Position numbers and translations under genes: made by a program. Shown one piece after another: positions 18,318-27,468 of a stretch of DNA of 64,000 nucleotides; the first letter of the stretch is position 1; the number at the start of each line of letters is the position of its first letter. Source of the stretch: a virus; IMG/VR virus record IMGVR_UViG_3300012953_000013, positions 64,001-128,000 of that record. One strand, 5' to 3'. The notes beneath the pieces were generated by a model that was not told the origin of the DNA, did no database searches, and saw only the letters and a program-made list of their open reading frames with translations.

Positions 18318-19213
18318 CCCTTATCTACCTTCGGTTTAGAAGTCTTTGCTGCGCGGCGTTTTCGTGCAGTTTTTGGCTTGTCGAATAGGTCTTCCACATG
18401 CTGTCCTACTGGTAACTGGAATCCTGCAGCTTTTTTATGACCACCTCCGCCAAACCTCTTTGCTATTTCTGAAACATCAACAGTTTCGTGAAATGCCCTA
18501 AGACTTACTTTGGTTTCTCTTGCTTCATGGTCCCAATACCAAATCATTGCAAAATCTCAGTCTGGGCTTAACCTGGAGCCAATCTCTGACATCCAATGAG
18601 AGGCGTTTACAACCATAACATGCTTATCGTCCATTTTTCTATGAGAAGCTTTTTCGCATACTTTTTTAATAACTGTTTTTGAATATGCTAAAACATATGA
18701 TCCACGCTTTACTGCATCATCGAAAACTGAATCATCTTCAAATTTCTCAAACTCTTCAAACTCAAAAGGTACCATGTCAAACGCAGCAGCAAATTCTTTT
18801 GAATATGGAAGTTCCCACTTCCATAAATCTCTGTCCTCAATATAATTGATAAACTTTGGCGGCTCTTTTCCTGGGTGAAAAAAGTCCCACGCTAATCTAG
18901 CGCCTGAGTGCTTCATATCGAATATAGTGTTGCTGATATCGTGAAGTTCTACCACTGCAGATTTATGGTGGTCTATTACAATAAGCGCAGCAGCTTCCTC
19001 TATCATTTGTTTTGTTGTAGCGTTATCAAAAGAAAAATCTAAAATTGCTACATGCTTCCCTTTAATATCAGGGGGAGAGTCTCCATGCTTACAAGCATGA
19101 TACTCGGCTCTATTGCCAAGTAATTTCCATGCAGAATAAGCTGCACCGAATCCGTCAGTACAGTTAGCATGGTAAATTACGCAATCAATAAGTGATGGTT
19201 CTACTATAGGCAT
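18314..19213 (-). CDS. DHH/DHHA1 phosphoesterase interrupted by one in-frame TGA (18557-18559)
   Basis: YHANCTDG and IDHH in 18557..19213; SLR..FGGGGH..AAGF in 18314..18547; junction reads CCA GAC TGA GAT TTT GCA ATG in one frame. Confidence 0.8.
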
Positions 19214-19229
19214 TTTCTATCCATTGATT

Positions 19230-19637
19230 CTAGGTTTCAGTTTTTCGTCCATAGTCGTCAAACAACATTACACTTCCAGTATTAGAAGAACTTCCAATTT
19301 CAAAGACTTCGGAATCTTCTAATGCTGTAAGTCTATATGGACAACCAGACTGTATACAAAAAGAATCACCCTCTTTTAGATTAGTGCTATTAAAATCAGA
19401 TGGATACTTTTTGTGGGTAGAATTTTCATCTCCCCATAAAACTCTAACTCTACCGCGCCTAACTAAAAGAACTTCATCTTTTTGAAGATAATATTTCAGA
19501 CTAGTAGATTGGCCCTTGTTTAAGAGTAATACTTTTCCACAAACGCCTCTAAGAGATGCCCAAGAGATTTCATAACCCCAGGGTTTTTCTTCTTTAGAGT
19601 TTCTACCTCGCCAACAAGTTTTTGCTTCGTCGTTCAT
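19230..19637 (-). CDS. Cupin, mannose-6-phosphate isomerase type II C-terminal-like
   Basis: KPWGYE and G...SL.Y...KDE pattern; ATAATTA at 19650-19656 upstream. Confidence 0.65.
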   Translation of the reverse strand: MNDEAKTCWRGRNSKEEKPWGYEISWASLRGVCGKVLLLNKGQSTSLKYYLQKDEVLLVRRGRVRVLWGDENSTHKKYPSDFNSTNLKEGDSFCIQSGCPYRLTALEDSEVFEIGSSSNTGSVMLFDDYGRKTET

Positions 19638-19687
19638 AATACCGTCCCTTAATTATTTTATCAAAAATGTTAATTTTGTTTCGAATA

Positions 19688-20251
19688 TTAAGGGTTAAAG
19701 TGTAAAAAACACTTCGGCTGATACATTTCTGACCCACCGACTTCAATTTGATGGTCTGAACGACCTCCGATTTTTTTTGTATAGTGTGCATCTAATCCGC
19801 AGGTTGAACATACTGCAGGGCAAACTTCTATTTTGGTTGCATAGGGCATCATTTCTTGCATTTCTTTATAAGGAGTAAAATCAGAAGAAAGCTGCAGAGA
19901 AGAAGCTAAGATAGTATGACCCTCTTTGAACAAAGAAACCAGAACTTCTCCCACTCCATCTATCATAAAAGCTTCGTCGACAGCAATTACAAAAGTTTCG
20001 TCTTCTTCTTGCCAAGCTGTGGCTTCTCTCAAATACCTTAGCAGCTCTTTGCCATCACCAATCCTTTTGGCAGATAGTTTGCCGCCCCAATGAGTGACAA
20101 TTTCTTCTTTAGAATAACGCTCATCAACATTTGGTTTAAATGCCAATATATTTCTACCTTGGTATGTGTACCTGTCTATAGCGCTTAAAAGCTTTGTAGT
20201 TTTCCCTCCAAACATTGGACCCACAAATAGCGTAAATTCATTATTCATCAA
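19688..20251 (-). CDS. tdk: Thymidine kinase
   Basis: GPMFGGKTT P-loop, VDEA, CSTC and GG.E.YQPKC. Confidence 0.9.
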   Translation of the reverse strand: MMNNEFTLFVGPMFGGKTTKLLSAIDRYTYQGRNILAFKPNVDERYSKEEIVTHWGGKLSAKRIGDGKELLRYLREATAWQEEDETFVIAVDEAFMIDGVGEVLVSLFKEGHTILASSLQLSSDFTPYKEMQEMMPYATKIEVCPAVCSTCGLDAHYTKKIGGRSDHQIEVGGSEMYQPKCFLHFNP

Positions 20252-21233
20252 ACCCCCACCAAGAAAAAGTCTTTTCCAGACCGCTTATTAAACTATATTT
20301 TGGGAAGAACCCTAATTCTCTCTCTGCTTTTTTAGTACATGCTAAAGTGTGTTTTACGTCTCCAGGGCGAACTGGAGCATTTACAATCTCAACGCCAGGA
20401 AACTTTTCTTTAAAAATATCTAAAATATCATTATTTGAATAAGATTTTCCTGTACCTATATTAATTCTATCACCACAGAAATTTTGTTCACGAATAGCTG
20501 CTAAAATATTTGCCTCAGCAACATCTTCTACAAAAACCATATCTCTAGTTTGAGTGCCATCGCCATCACTTCTTAATGGCAAACCCTTTTTAACTTTATC
20601 GCACCAAGAAACAACAGCAGTCGAGTAAGGAGAATCACCGTATTGGTTAGGACCAAATACGTTAAAATATCTTAGACAAGCAATATCTAAATCATAGGCC
20701 TTAGAATAAAGCCGAGCCCATTCTTCTACATTTAATTTCTGAAGTGCATAAGGACTATTGGGATTTTTCCCGTGATCTTCTGTTGTGGGGAGAGACCACG
20801 GATCTCCATATACAGAGCAGCTTGAAGAAAATACGATCCTTTTGACATTTCCAATAGAGTGGGTAAACAATTGGATTGTTTTCATAAAATTTTCGTGTGT
20901 AGTTTCTACGGGATTCTGAATGGAGTACTCAACTCGGGGATTTGCAGCGCAGTGAAAAATCACGTCATATCTTTGGTCTACGATTCTTCTTATTACTTCT
21001 TGACTTACAAAATCTCCAACTAAAACTAAAATTTGGTCTGGAAAATTCTTGACTTGTTGTTCAAAAATATGCCCCATTTGAGTCGGTACTGTTCTAAAAG
21101 AGTGATCATCTAAGAAAGCATAATCACCATTCGACATGTCATCTACAATCTCAACTTCCCAGCCGTTATCTACTAATTTTTTTGAAATACATGACCCGAT
21201 AAATCCACAACCACCAGTTACAAGCGCTCGCAT
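20241..21233 (-). CDS. NAD-dependent nucleotide-sugar epimerase/dehydratase
   Basis: GGCGFIGS, SSS, YALQK (YxxxK), LRYFNVFGP, TRDMVFVEDVA. Confidence 0.9.
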   Translation of the reverse strand: MRALVTGGCGFIGSCISKKLVDNGWEVEIVDDMSNGDYAFLDDHSFRTVPTQMGHIFEQQVKNFPDQILVLVGDFVSQEVIRRIVDQRYDVIFHCAANPRVEYSIQNPVETTHENFMKTIQLFTHSIGNVKRIVFSSSCSVYGDPWSLPTTEDHGKNPNSPYALQKLNVEEWARLYSKAYDLDIACLRYFNVFGPNQYGDSPYSTAVVSWCDKVKKGLPLRSDGDGTQTRDMVFVEDVAEANILAAIREQNFCGDRINIGTGKSYSNNDILDIFKEKFPGVEIVNAPVRPGDVKHTLACTKKAERELGFFPKYSLISGLEKTFSWWGFDE

Positions 21234-22396
21234 AATACAATTTCCTCCTTCAAGTTATTTTGCATTAAAAAACTTTCTTCTGCCAATTCTAAACCGCCAT
21301 TTAAATATTCAACTACTTGAGTTGTCATATCTCGAGCTGTACATGTTGGAACATTTTGCGCTATTACATTCAACTGTTTTCTATCCGCCATTTCAAAATC
21401 ATGGGGTAAACCCATCATATGCAATAACTCTCTTATTGACATTCCTCTATCTTCTTTGGGATGAACAAGATGAGTAAGAGTTCTTCCAACTATTGCGTTT
21501 GTTCTGTTGTAGTAATATCCCGGAGAAGCGTCCATAAATCTTCCGCCAGACTGAACTTTTTTATAAATAGCTCGAAGCCTGCGATGTTCGGCAGTTTCTT
21601 CTATTCCTCTTTTCTCGATCCATTCAATACACTCTTTTAGTAATTCATTTTCAGCTAAATAAGAAAATATTGAATGAATAGAACCTGAGTCGTTATTTTT
21701 AACAAAATGCTCATGAGTTACACCTAGATGCTGTAATACAAAAGCATACGAATCAAAGTTTTCTGAAATTTTTCCTTCGATATTAAATTGATCTTGTAGT
21801 GAAGCTTCAGCTGGGATCTCTTCAATATAATCTGCAAAAGACGGCATTGGGGTATTGAAATAATTCAAGAGTGGCGGATTTGAATCTCTCCAGAAAAAAT
21901 AAAATGTCCTCACCCTTCTTTGCGGGATGCCATGACGCTGAGTATCTGTCTTATAGAGAGAAAAGGTGTATCCATGCTCTCTAGCTAGACCTTTTAATTT
22001 ATCTCGTACGTACGCGCCCGAATTTGTAAAAAGGCCGGGGGCATTCTCGCCCCAAAAAACTCTTGGACGAACCTGACCCAAAACGGTCCTTGCAGATTCA
22101 TACATCCAATAATTCTTTCCCTCTCTTGTATCTTTGCTTCTAGAAGTATTAAGCTGGCTCAGTCCAGCACATGGACAAACCGAATTTATAAAATCTATAT
22201 CACCACCAGGAATTTTGCCACCTTCATCTAAAACAATTCTTGGAACATCTTCCCAGTAATCTGTAAGATATTTTTCATTTGCTCCAAAAGCAGAATAACT
22301 TAAGTGGTATTCTGGTTTTTTATTTGTCGCTTTATAACACCCTATGGCGCTTCCTCCGACCAGAGGAATAATAGTTCCCCACTTTAAGTTATCCAT
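21218..22396 (-). CDS. C5-cytosine DNA methyltransferase-fold protein with degenerate SAM motif
   Basis: Motif IV CPCAGLS, VI ENAPGL, VIII GIPQRRVR, IX RELLHMMGLP; motif I reads IPLVGG rather than FxGxGG, motif X AQNVP. Confidence 0.75.
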   Translation of the reverse strand: MDNLKWGTIIPLVGGSAIGCYKATNKKPEYHLSYSAFGANEKYLTDYWEDVPRIVLDEGGKIPGGDIDFINSVCPCAGLSQLNTSRSKDTREGKNYWMYESARTVLGQVRPRVFWGENAPGLFTNSGAYVRDKLKGLAREHGYTFSLYKTDTQRHGIPQRRVRTFYFFWRDSNPPLLNYFNTPMPSFADYIEEIPAEASLQDQFNIEGKISENFDSYAFVLQHLGVTHEHFVKNNDSGSIHSIFSYLAENELLKECIEWIEKRGIEETAEHRRLRAIYKKVQSGGRFMDASPGYYYNRTNAIVGRTLTHLVHPKEDRGMSIRELLHMMGLPHDFEMADRKQLNVIAQNVPTCTARDMTTQVVEYLNGGLELAEESFLMQNNLKEEIVLCERL

Positions 22397-22397
22397 A

Positions 22398-23264
22398 TCA
22401 GTCTTCTTCCTTTATTGTATATCCGTATTCTTCAAAATCAACTTTATAATCTACTGCTAACATTTTTTTAATTTTTTCTGAAATGATATTCTCAGTTTTC
22501 ATGTAGCGTATTTTTACAATATTTGAATGAGGGAGAACAGAATCACTCGAAATTATATCTCTATCTTTGAGATCTTTTAATAGATTTTCAAGATCTTCAA
22601 ATTTATAAATTTTTGTTTCAGGAGAAACATACCATCGGCATGGGTTTCTCTGCACACCGCCTCGGCCAAGGTCTGCAGTATTTTTAAAGTAAAATTCTAA
22701 CTGAGCGCCTGGTTCCATATTTCGAAAATCTAAACCGGTTTTTTCATAAAAATTACGGATAGTATATAGAATTTGCGACTCCGCTCTCTGTTTTCCTGGC
22801 AGCTCTATTAGGCTTTCAATATATTTTTTAATTCCAGCATGAGCTTTTTCAACTGGGGCATCTCTAACAGAAACAAATTCGTCTTCATGCGATACTTCTA
22901 AGCCTAATCGATGAAAATGATCCATAAAGTATTTGTCGTCATATGATATTTGCCCCTTTAACATTTTCCACACAGGTTCAACTTCAGTTTCATAATAAAG
23001 GTAGTTAAACCACATATTAAAATGAGAAACAACTCTTGTGTAGGGATGCCTGACAACTGTAAAAGTAAAGCCTGCGTTAACTGCTTCTTTCCAGTCTCTC
23101 CAAACACTATATACTTGGTGTCCTCCACCCACAGGAAAGTAATCTGGTTCTTTTATCCTGGTCCAGCCATTTTCTTCAATTAATTTTCTGACAGACATAC
23201 CTCCACATTTTGGTATGTGGATAAAATGAATGGTCTCACCATTTCTTTCGTAGAGTGGCATCAA
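22398..23264 (-). CDS. Sulfotransferase family protein
   Basis: FIHIPKCGGMSV, VRHPYTRVVSHF. Confidence 0.8.
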   Translation of the reverse strand: MMPLYERNGETIHFIHIPKCGGMSVRKLIEENGWTRIKEPDYFPVGGGHQVYSVWRDWKEAVNAGFTFTVVRHPYTRVVSHFNMWFNYLYYETEVEPVWKMLKGQISYDDKYFMDHFHRLGLEVSHEDEFVSVRDAPVEKAHAGIKKYIESLIELPGKQRAESQILYTIRNFYEKTGLDFRNMEPGAQLEFYFKNTADLGRGGVQRNPCRWYVSPETKIYKFEDLENLLKDLKDRDIISSDSVLPHSNIVKIRYMKTENIISEKIKKMLAVDYKVDFEEYGYTIKEED

Positions 23265-24133
23265 TCACCAACCTTATAATCGAATAACGAATAGTCGTCA
23301 CCATATAAAAACAAAAATACACTTTGAAAGCTTTGTGAAAACTCGCTTAGTGAAAAAGATTCTTTTTTAGATAATGAATATAGCTTTTTATTCTCTACAG
23401 AGAGCCCACGCTTGTACGACTCTTGATTTATTATATTTTTTTCTAAAAGCCTCTCTAATAGATTTTCTTTTTCTTCTAATTTAAAAACTTCAACAGTGGG
23501 ATCTACATAAAGTCTAGAAGGAGTGGGATTACCACCCCCGTGATTTATTTTATGGAACTTATGTTTCAAAAAACTATATAAAAAATTCTCTAGAATAGAT
23601 GATGAATACTTTATGCCTGAAATTTCTTCCCAAGCTGCAGCTAAAACCCTATGTTTATGAATCATATTAGCGTTGCGATCTTCAGATATTAGAGTTGTCA
23701 ATTTCATAAAACTTTTTTGTAGTTCTTCTGGTTTTAAAATAATATCTTTAGGGTAAGAGATACCAAGTTCAGAAAACACTAAATCAATATAATTTAGAAT
23801 AACCCAGTTATATTCGTGCTCTATCCCGTTAATTTGCATCTCCAAAACTTCATATAATCTCTCCATGTAGAGATCACCGTTTGTAGACATCCACATATTG
23901 CAGTGAGATACGATCCTGTCAATCGGGTTTCTAACTAAAGTAAATTTAAATTCGCACTCTTGTATTGCAGGAAAATTTCCCCAACATATTCTCGGTACAT
24001 GCGGAATCCCGCCCACTTCTGCTGGCAAATACTCCCAGTTATTGTCTGTCAAAAGTTTTTTTACAGATGTACCGCCACATTTAGGGATATGAGCAAAAAA
24101 TATTTTTTCATTATCTCTAATAAACGTTGGCAT
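23261..24133 (-). CDS. Sulfotransferase family protein
   Basis: FAHIPKCGGTSV, VRNPIDRIVSH; tandem paralog of previous gene. Confidence 0.8.
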   Translation of the reverse strand: MPTFIRDNEKIFFAHIPKCGGTSVKKLLTDNNWEYLPAEVGGIPHVPRICWGNFPAIQECEFKFTLVRNPIDRIVSHCNMWMSTNGDLYMERLYEVLEMQINGIEHEYNWVILNYIDLVFSELGISYPKDIILKPEELQKSFMKLTTLISEDRNANMIHKHRVLAAAWEEISGIKYSSSILENFLYSFLKHKFHKINHGGGNPTPSRLYVDPTVEVFKLEEKENLLERLLEKNIINQESYKRGLSVENKKLYSLSKKESFSLSEFSQSFQSVFLFLYGDDYSLFDYKVGD

Positions 24134-25638
24134 TACAGTGCTCGATAAATTTTATCTTCTTTAGCGACGACTCCCTTTTTTACTAACTTCTGGAGAATCA
24201 TCCAACTTTCTTTCCAAGTTCCGTTTTGCTTATAGTGAACCAAACCCTTAGATTCAATTACCTTAGCAACCTCAGCGTGTTTACAAGCTCCACCAAGGCT
24301 ATTCATTATTGAAAGTATTTCAAGCTCTTTATTTGTAGCTGAAAAATCTAAACCAGTAGATTCAGACGGTGGTACAGTTGTCACTTCAGGACCTGAAGGT
24401 TCGGGGAGAGATTCTTGTTCCGGAACTTTTGATTCTAGGTCTGGAACACTATCTTCTTTCATAAATCCAAGCTTTTGCATTATGGATTTTGGCGTAATAA
24501 TCATTTTAACTTCCTCTTTTGAAATTGGGGCTGAAGCCCTTCGATTAGCAAGTTTCTTGTCTTCTCTAAGCTTTCTGTAAACACCAAACTGACAACAAGA
24601 AATTTCGCAACCAAAATTTGTAAAATATCCAAGCTCTGAAACTTTTTTCATATAGTAATCTGATTTATCAGAGCTCTTTAAATCAAAAAAACTGTTTTGA
24701 TGACGTCTTATAGCATTAATAAGCTTTTTTCCAACTTTGTCGTTAATCGAATGACCGCGATGTTCATAAAACCAGTTTATTGCATTCATCGCACCGACTC
24801 CAGGAACCACATAATCGTCATCTTCATCAATGTTTCCCGGCATTCCCTCAAATATTAAATTACCAACTTCTGGCATACGAGCCAAGTTACAGCTAAAGTG
24901 ATAACCGTAATAATTTCCAATCCCTTTATATGAATTTAGAAATTTAAATGACTCTTCCATCGTTGGCTTAGTTTTATAAAATTCAACCCATTGAGGGCCC
25001 AAAAAAGTAAACCAAAATAAAATATCTGATGGTCTAAGCATTCTTTTGGACCGATCGATGGCTGATGTTTTCTCCAAAATGTCAATTGGTGATCCTACAC
25101 TTCTAGCGTAGTTTCTAGCTGAGGTTTGTAAGCTGGTCCTAAGCTCAGTTGTTCCATAGATTTTTTCTTTATTTTTAACTACTTCTTCTATGTTTACGCA
25201 GAGTTTCTCTAGATATTTTGGATCATTGATAAACTTTTTATATACAACAAAATCATCTCCTGTACCCTCAACCATCATTTTAAGGGTCTTCGATGGCCCA
25301 TAGAATTTCACAATTGCAGCGTTAATAAGCTTATCTTCAAAAGTTGCTTTGGGGTTATAGAATAGGTTCTCGTTTAACCAGATAATCTCATCGTGAAAGC
25401 TACGGTTAGGGTGGAAGTAGGGAACTGACTTTCCATCAACTATAAACCCAAGCTTATACAAAAGAACTTTGTTTGGTTCGTGTTGAAACGTATCAAATGT
25501 GCAAGACTTTGCAAACCTAACAAGATATTCTCTTCGATTCAACTCTTTAATAAAATGAACAAAATCATCTTTCTTATACTGAGGGATTTCATCGAAGAGT
25601 TCTTCGTCTGTATATTTTAAAAGCTCTCTATTGCTCAT
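24133..25638 (-). CDS. 5-hmdU DNA kinase helical / aGPT-Pplase1-like protein with C-terminal winged-helix-like domain
   Basis: YFHPNRSFHDEIIWL, GIGNYYGYHFSCNL, VVPGVGA..AINWFY, FGCEISCCQFGVY match the family pattern as I recall it; Pro/Glu linker then wHTH-like tail. Confidence 0.65.
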   Translation of the reverse strand: MSNRELLKYTDEELFDEIPQYKKDDFVHFIKELNRREYLVRFAKSCTFDTFQHEPNKVLLYKLGFIVDGKSVPYFHPNRSFHDEIIWLNENLFYNPKATFEDKLINAAIVKFYGPSKTLKMMVEGTGDDFVVYKKFINDPKYLEKLCVNIEEVVKNKEKIYGTTELRTSLQTSARNYARSVGSPIDILEKTSAIDRSKRMLRPSDILFWFTFLGPQWVEFYKTKPTMEESFKFLNSYKGIGNYYGYHFSCNLARMPEVGNLIFEGMPGNIDEDDDYVVPGVGAMNAINWFYEHRGHSINDKVGKKLINAIRRHQNSFFDLKSSDKSDYYMKKVSELGYFTNFGCEISCCQFGVYRKLREDKKLANRRASAPISKEEVKMIITPKSIMQKLGFMKEDSVPDLESKVPEQESLPEPSGPEVTTVPPSESTGLDFSATNKELEILSIMNSLGGACKHAEVAKVIESKGLVHYKQNGTWKESWMILQKLVKKGVVAKEDKIYRAL

Positions 25639-26047
25639 GCAAATCCTCTAAGTGCCTTCTGTTTTCTTTAGCAACGTGAGGGTTGTTAACATGAATCACT
25701 TTCGTTCCAATATTCCAGGTTTCTACTTCATTTAATTTTCTTTCTATCTCAGCTTTTTGAACTTCATCATCTTCAAAAAAATATTGAACGCTGAGTCCTG
25801 CTCTATGGAGAATCTTAATAGTTTCTCCTTTGTGCCACCCTGAACTCTGACGAGTTTTTTCTGAGTAGTCACATTGATTAAAGAAAACTGGGTTATTAAT
25901 TCCATTACGACGAAGAAAAGCCAAAGTTTCAGCTTCTTCTTCATAACTACGACCAGTGATAATTACATCTCCTGGGCCTGGACGAATTCCACAAACTCCA
26001 TCGCCAAGATGGATAACGCCATCAATATCAAAACCGTTAACCTTCAT
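25628..26047 (-). CDS. Small capless HAD phosphatase
   Basis: FDIDGV, ITGR, HK, FEDD. Confidence 0.8.
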   Translation of the reverse strand: MKVNGFDIDGVIHLGDGVCGIRPGPGDVIITGRSYEEEAETLAFLRRNGINNPVFFNQCDYSEKTRQSSGWHKGETIKILHRAGLSVQYFFEDDEVQKAEIERKLNEVETWNIGTKVIHVNNPHVAKENRRHLEDLHEQ

Positions 26048-26756
26048 TGAATTCTCCTCTTTTTCTTATAAAAAACTGAGTGCCTAAAATCATCATGTCT
26101 AAAGACCTTGTGTCACACCAAACCCTATAATGAGGAGATAGAGCCTGGCCGTTTCCTGGGTTGAGCATTTCGCTTAAACCAATTAGTTTCGTATTCCCAG
26201 TCTTCCAAGCAATTAAAGTATTCTCGTGTGGAGGAGTCAAACCAATAGACATTGCAAATTGATTGACTGCTTCTACAGCTCCCCAATCTGATTTTTGTGT
26301 ATAATCATCTCCAGTTATCCAACCGCCCGGCTTAAGTTTTGGCCACCAACTCTCAAGATCTATTTTTACAGCTTCATACCTATGGTCGCCATCAATGTAA
26401 ATCCAGTCAAAATAATTGTTAGAAAAATTCTTAGCAGCGTTTTCAGAAAAATCTCTGTATACAGAAATCTTGGTTTCATCGCTGCTCATCTCATCAGCCC
26501 AATTTTTTACTTTTTGAAACCTAGCATCTTGTTCTTCTTGAGAGTCTTTTGCGTGTTGGTCGTGCTGATCTGTTTGCTGCACCCAAGGGTCTACTAAGTG
26601 AATTTCTGACGGGTTTTTGGAAAAAATCTTGCGAGAAAATGCGCCATTGAAAACACCTATTTCTGCACACTTAGCTCCCTGGGCTATTTTTTCTAAAACC
26701 CTGTCTTCGTAGACTCTTTCTCCTGGATTTTCTTTTTTGAAATTATCTCTAAGCAT
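26037..26756 (-). CDS. Class I SAM methyltransferase (Methyltransf_24-like)
   Basis: AEIGVFNG, VDPW, YIDGDHRYEAV..DL..W..L.PGG.I.GDDY. Confidence 0.85.
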   Translation of the reverse strand: MLRDNFKKENPGERVYEDRVLEKIAQGAKCAEIGVFNGAFSRKIFSKNPSEIHLVDPWVQQTDQHDQHAKDSQEEQDARFQKVKNWADEMSSDETKISVYRDFSENAAKNFSNNYFDWIYIDGDHRYEAVKIDLESWWPKLKPGGWITGDDYTQKSDWGAVEAVNQFAMSIGLTPPHENTLIAWKTGNTKLIGLSEMLNPGNGQALSPHYRVWCDTRSLDMMILGTQFFIRKRGEFNEG

Positions 26757-27468
26757 TATCTTTCCTAAAGAAAGTATAGTCTAAAACTTTCGTTGTTCCA
26801 TACATTAAAATTGGATGTTCTACCTTCTTCCACTTAGACTCTGGAAAAAACAGACTAGGATATTGATCAAAAGGAGAACGAGTGTTATGAAATTCAATGC
26901 CAACAATTTCAACAAAATCCGGAATTTTTGGAATAGAATCTAGGATATCGTACTCTTTGCCTTCAATATCAATCTTTAATATTTCTGGTCGGTATTTTTC
27001 TAAAAGACTAGAAAAAGAAATCCCGGGGACTGAAATAGTAGTAGAAGATGCATTCCTTCTCCGAAGAGTTGATGAAGAAACAGAATTACGCTTGGATTTA
27101 GCGTAGTGAAAAACTACTTCATTTTCATCTTCTTCACACACTGCGGCGTTAATACACTCTACACCCGGGGCATTAATTTCCAAAAGTTGAAAATTATGAG
27201 GGCAGGGCTCGAGTGCAATAATCTTCTTTGCGCCGTTATCCAAACACATCTTAGCAAATCCACCAATATTGGCCCCAAGGTCTAATACGGTTTTGCCTTC
27301 AACTGGAATGCATGTGTAATTGTCTATACACTCCTTAATTGAACTCAAATCAAATGTATCGGGACGATACCACATCCCTTTTCTTGAGTTCCATTTTATT
27401 TCGCACTCTTCGAAGGCTGGTACAGCTGGATTAAACCGCATGCCCGTCTGTTCGTGGATTTTAGCCAT
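26749..27468 (-). CDS. FkbM-family SAM methyltransferase
   Basis: VLDLGANIGGF, LEP, NAAV, LKIDIEGKEY. Confidence 0.85.
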   Translation of the reverse strand: MAKIHEQTGMRFNPAVPAFEECEIKWNSRKGMWYRPDTFDLSSIKECIDNYTCIPVEGKTVLDLGANIGGFAKMCLDNGAKKIIALEPCPHNFQLLEINAPGVECINAAVCEEDENEVVFHYAKSKRNSVSSSTLRRRNASSTTISVPGISFSSLLEKYRPEILKIDIEGKEYDILDSIPKIPDFVEIVGIEFHNTRSPFDQYPSLFFPESKWKKVEHPILMYGTTKVLDYTFFRKDNA

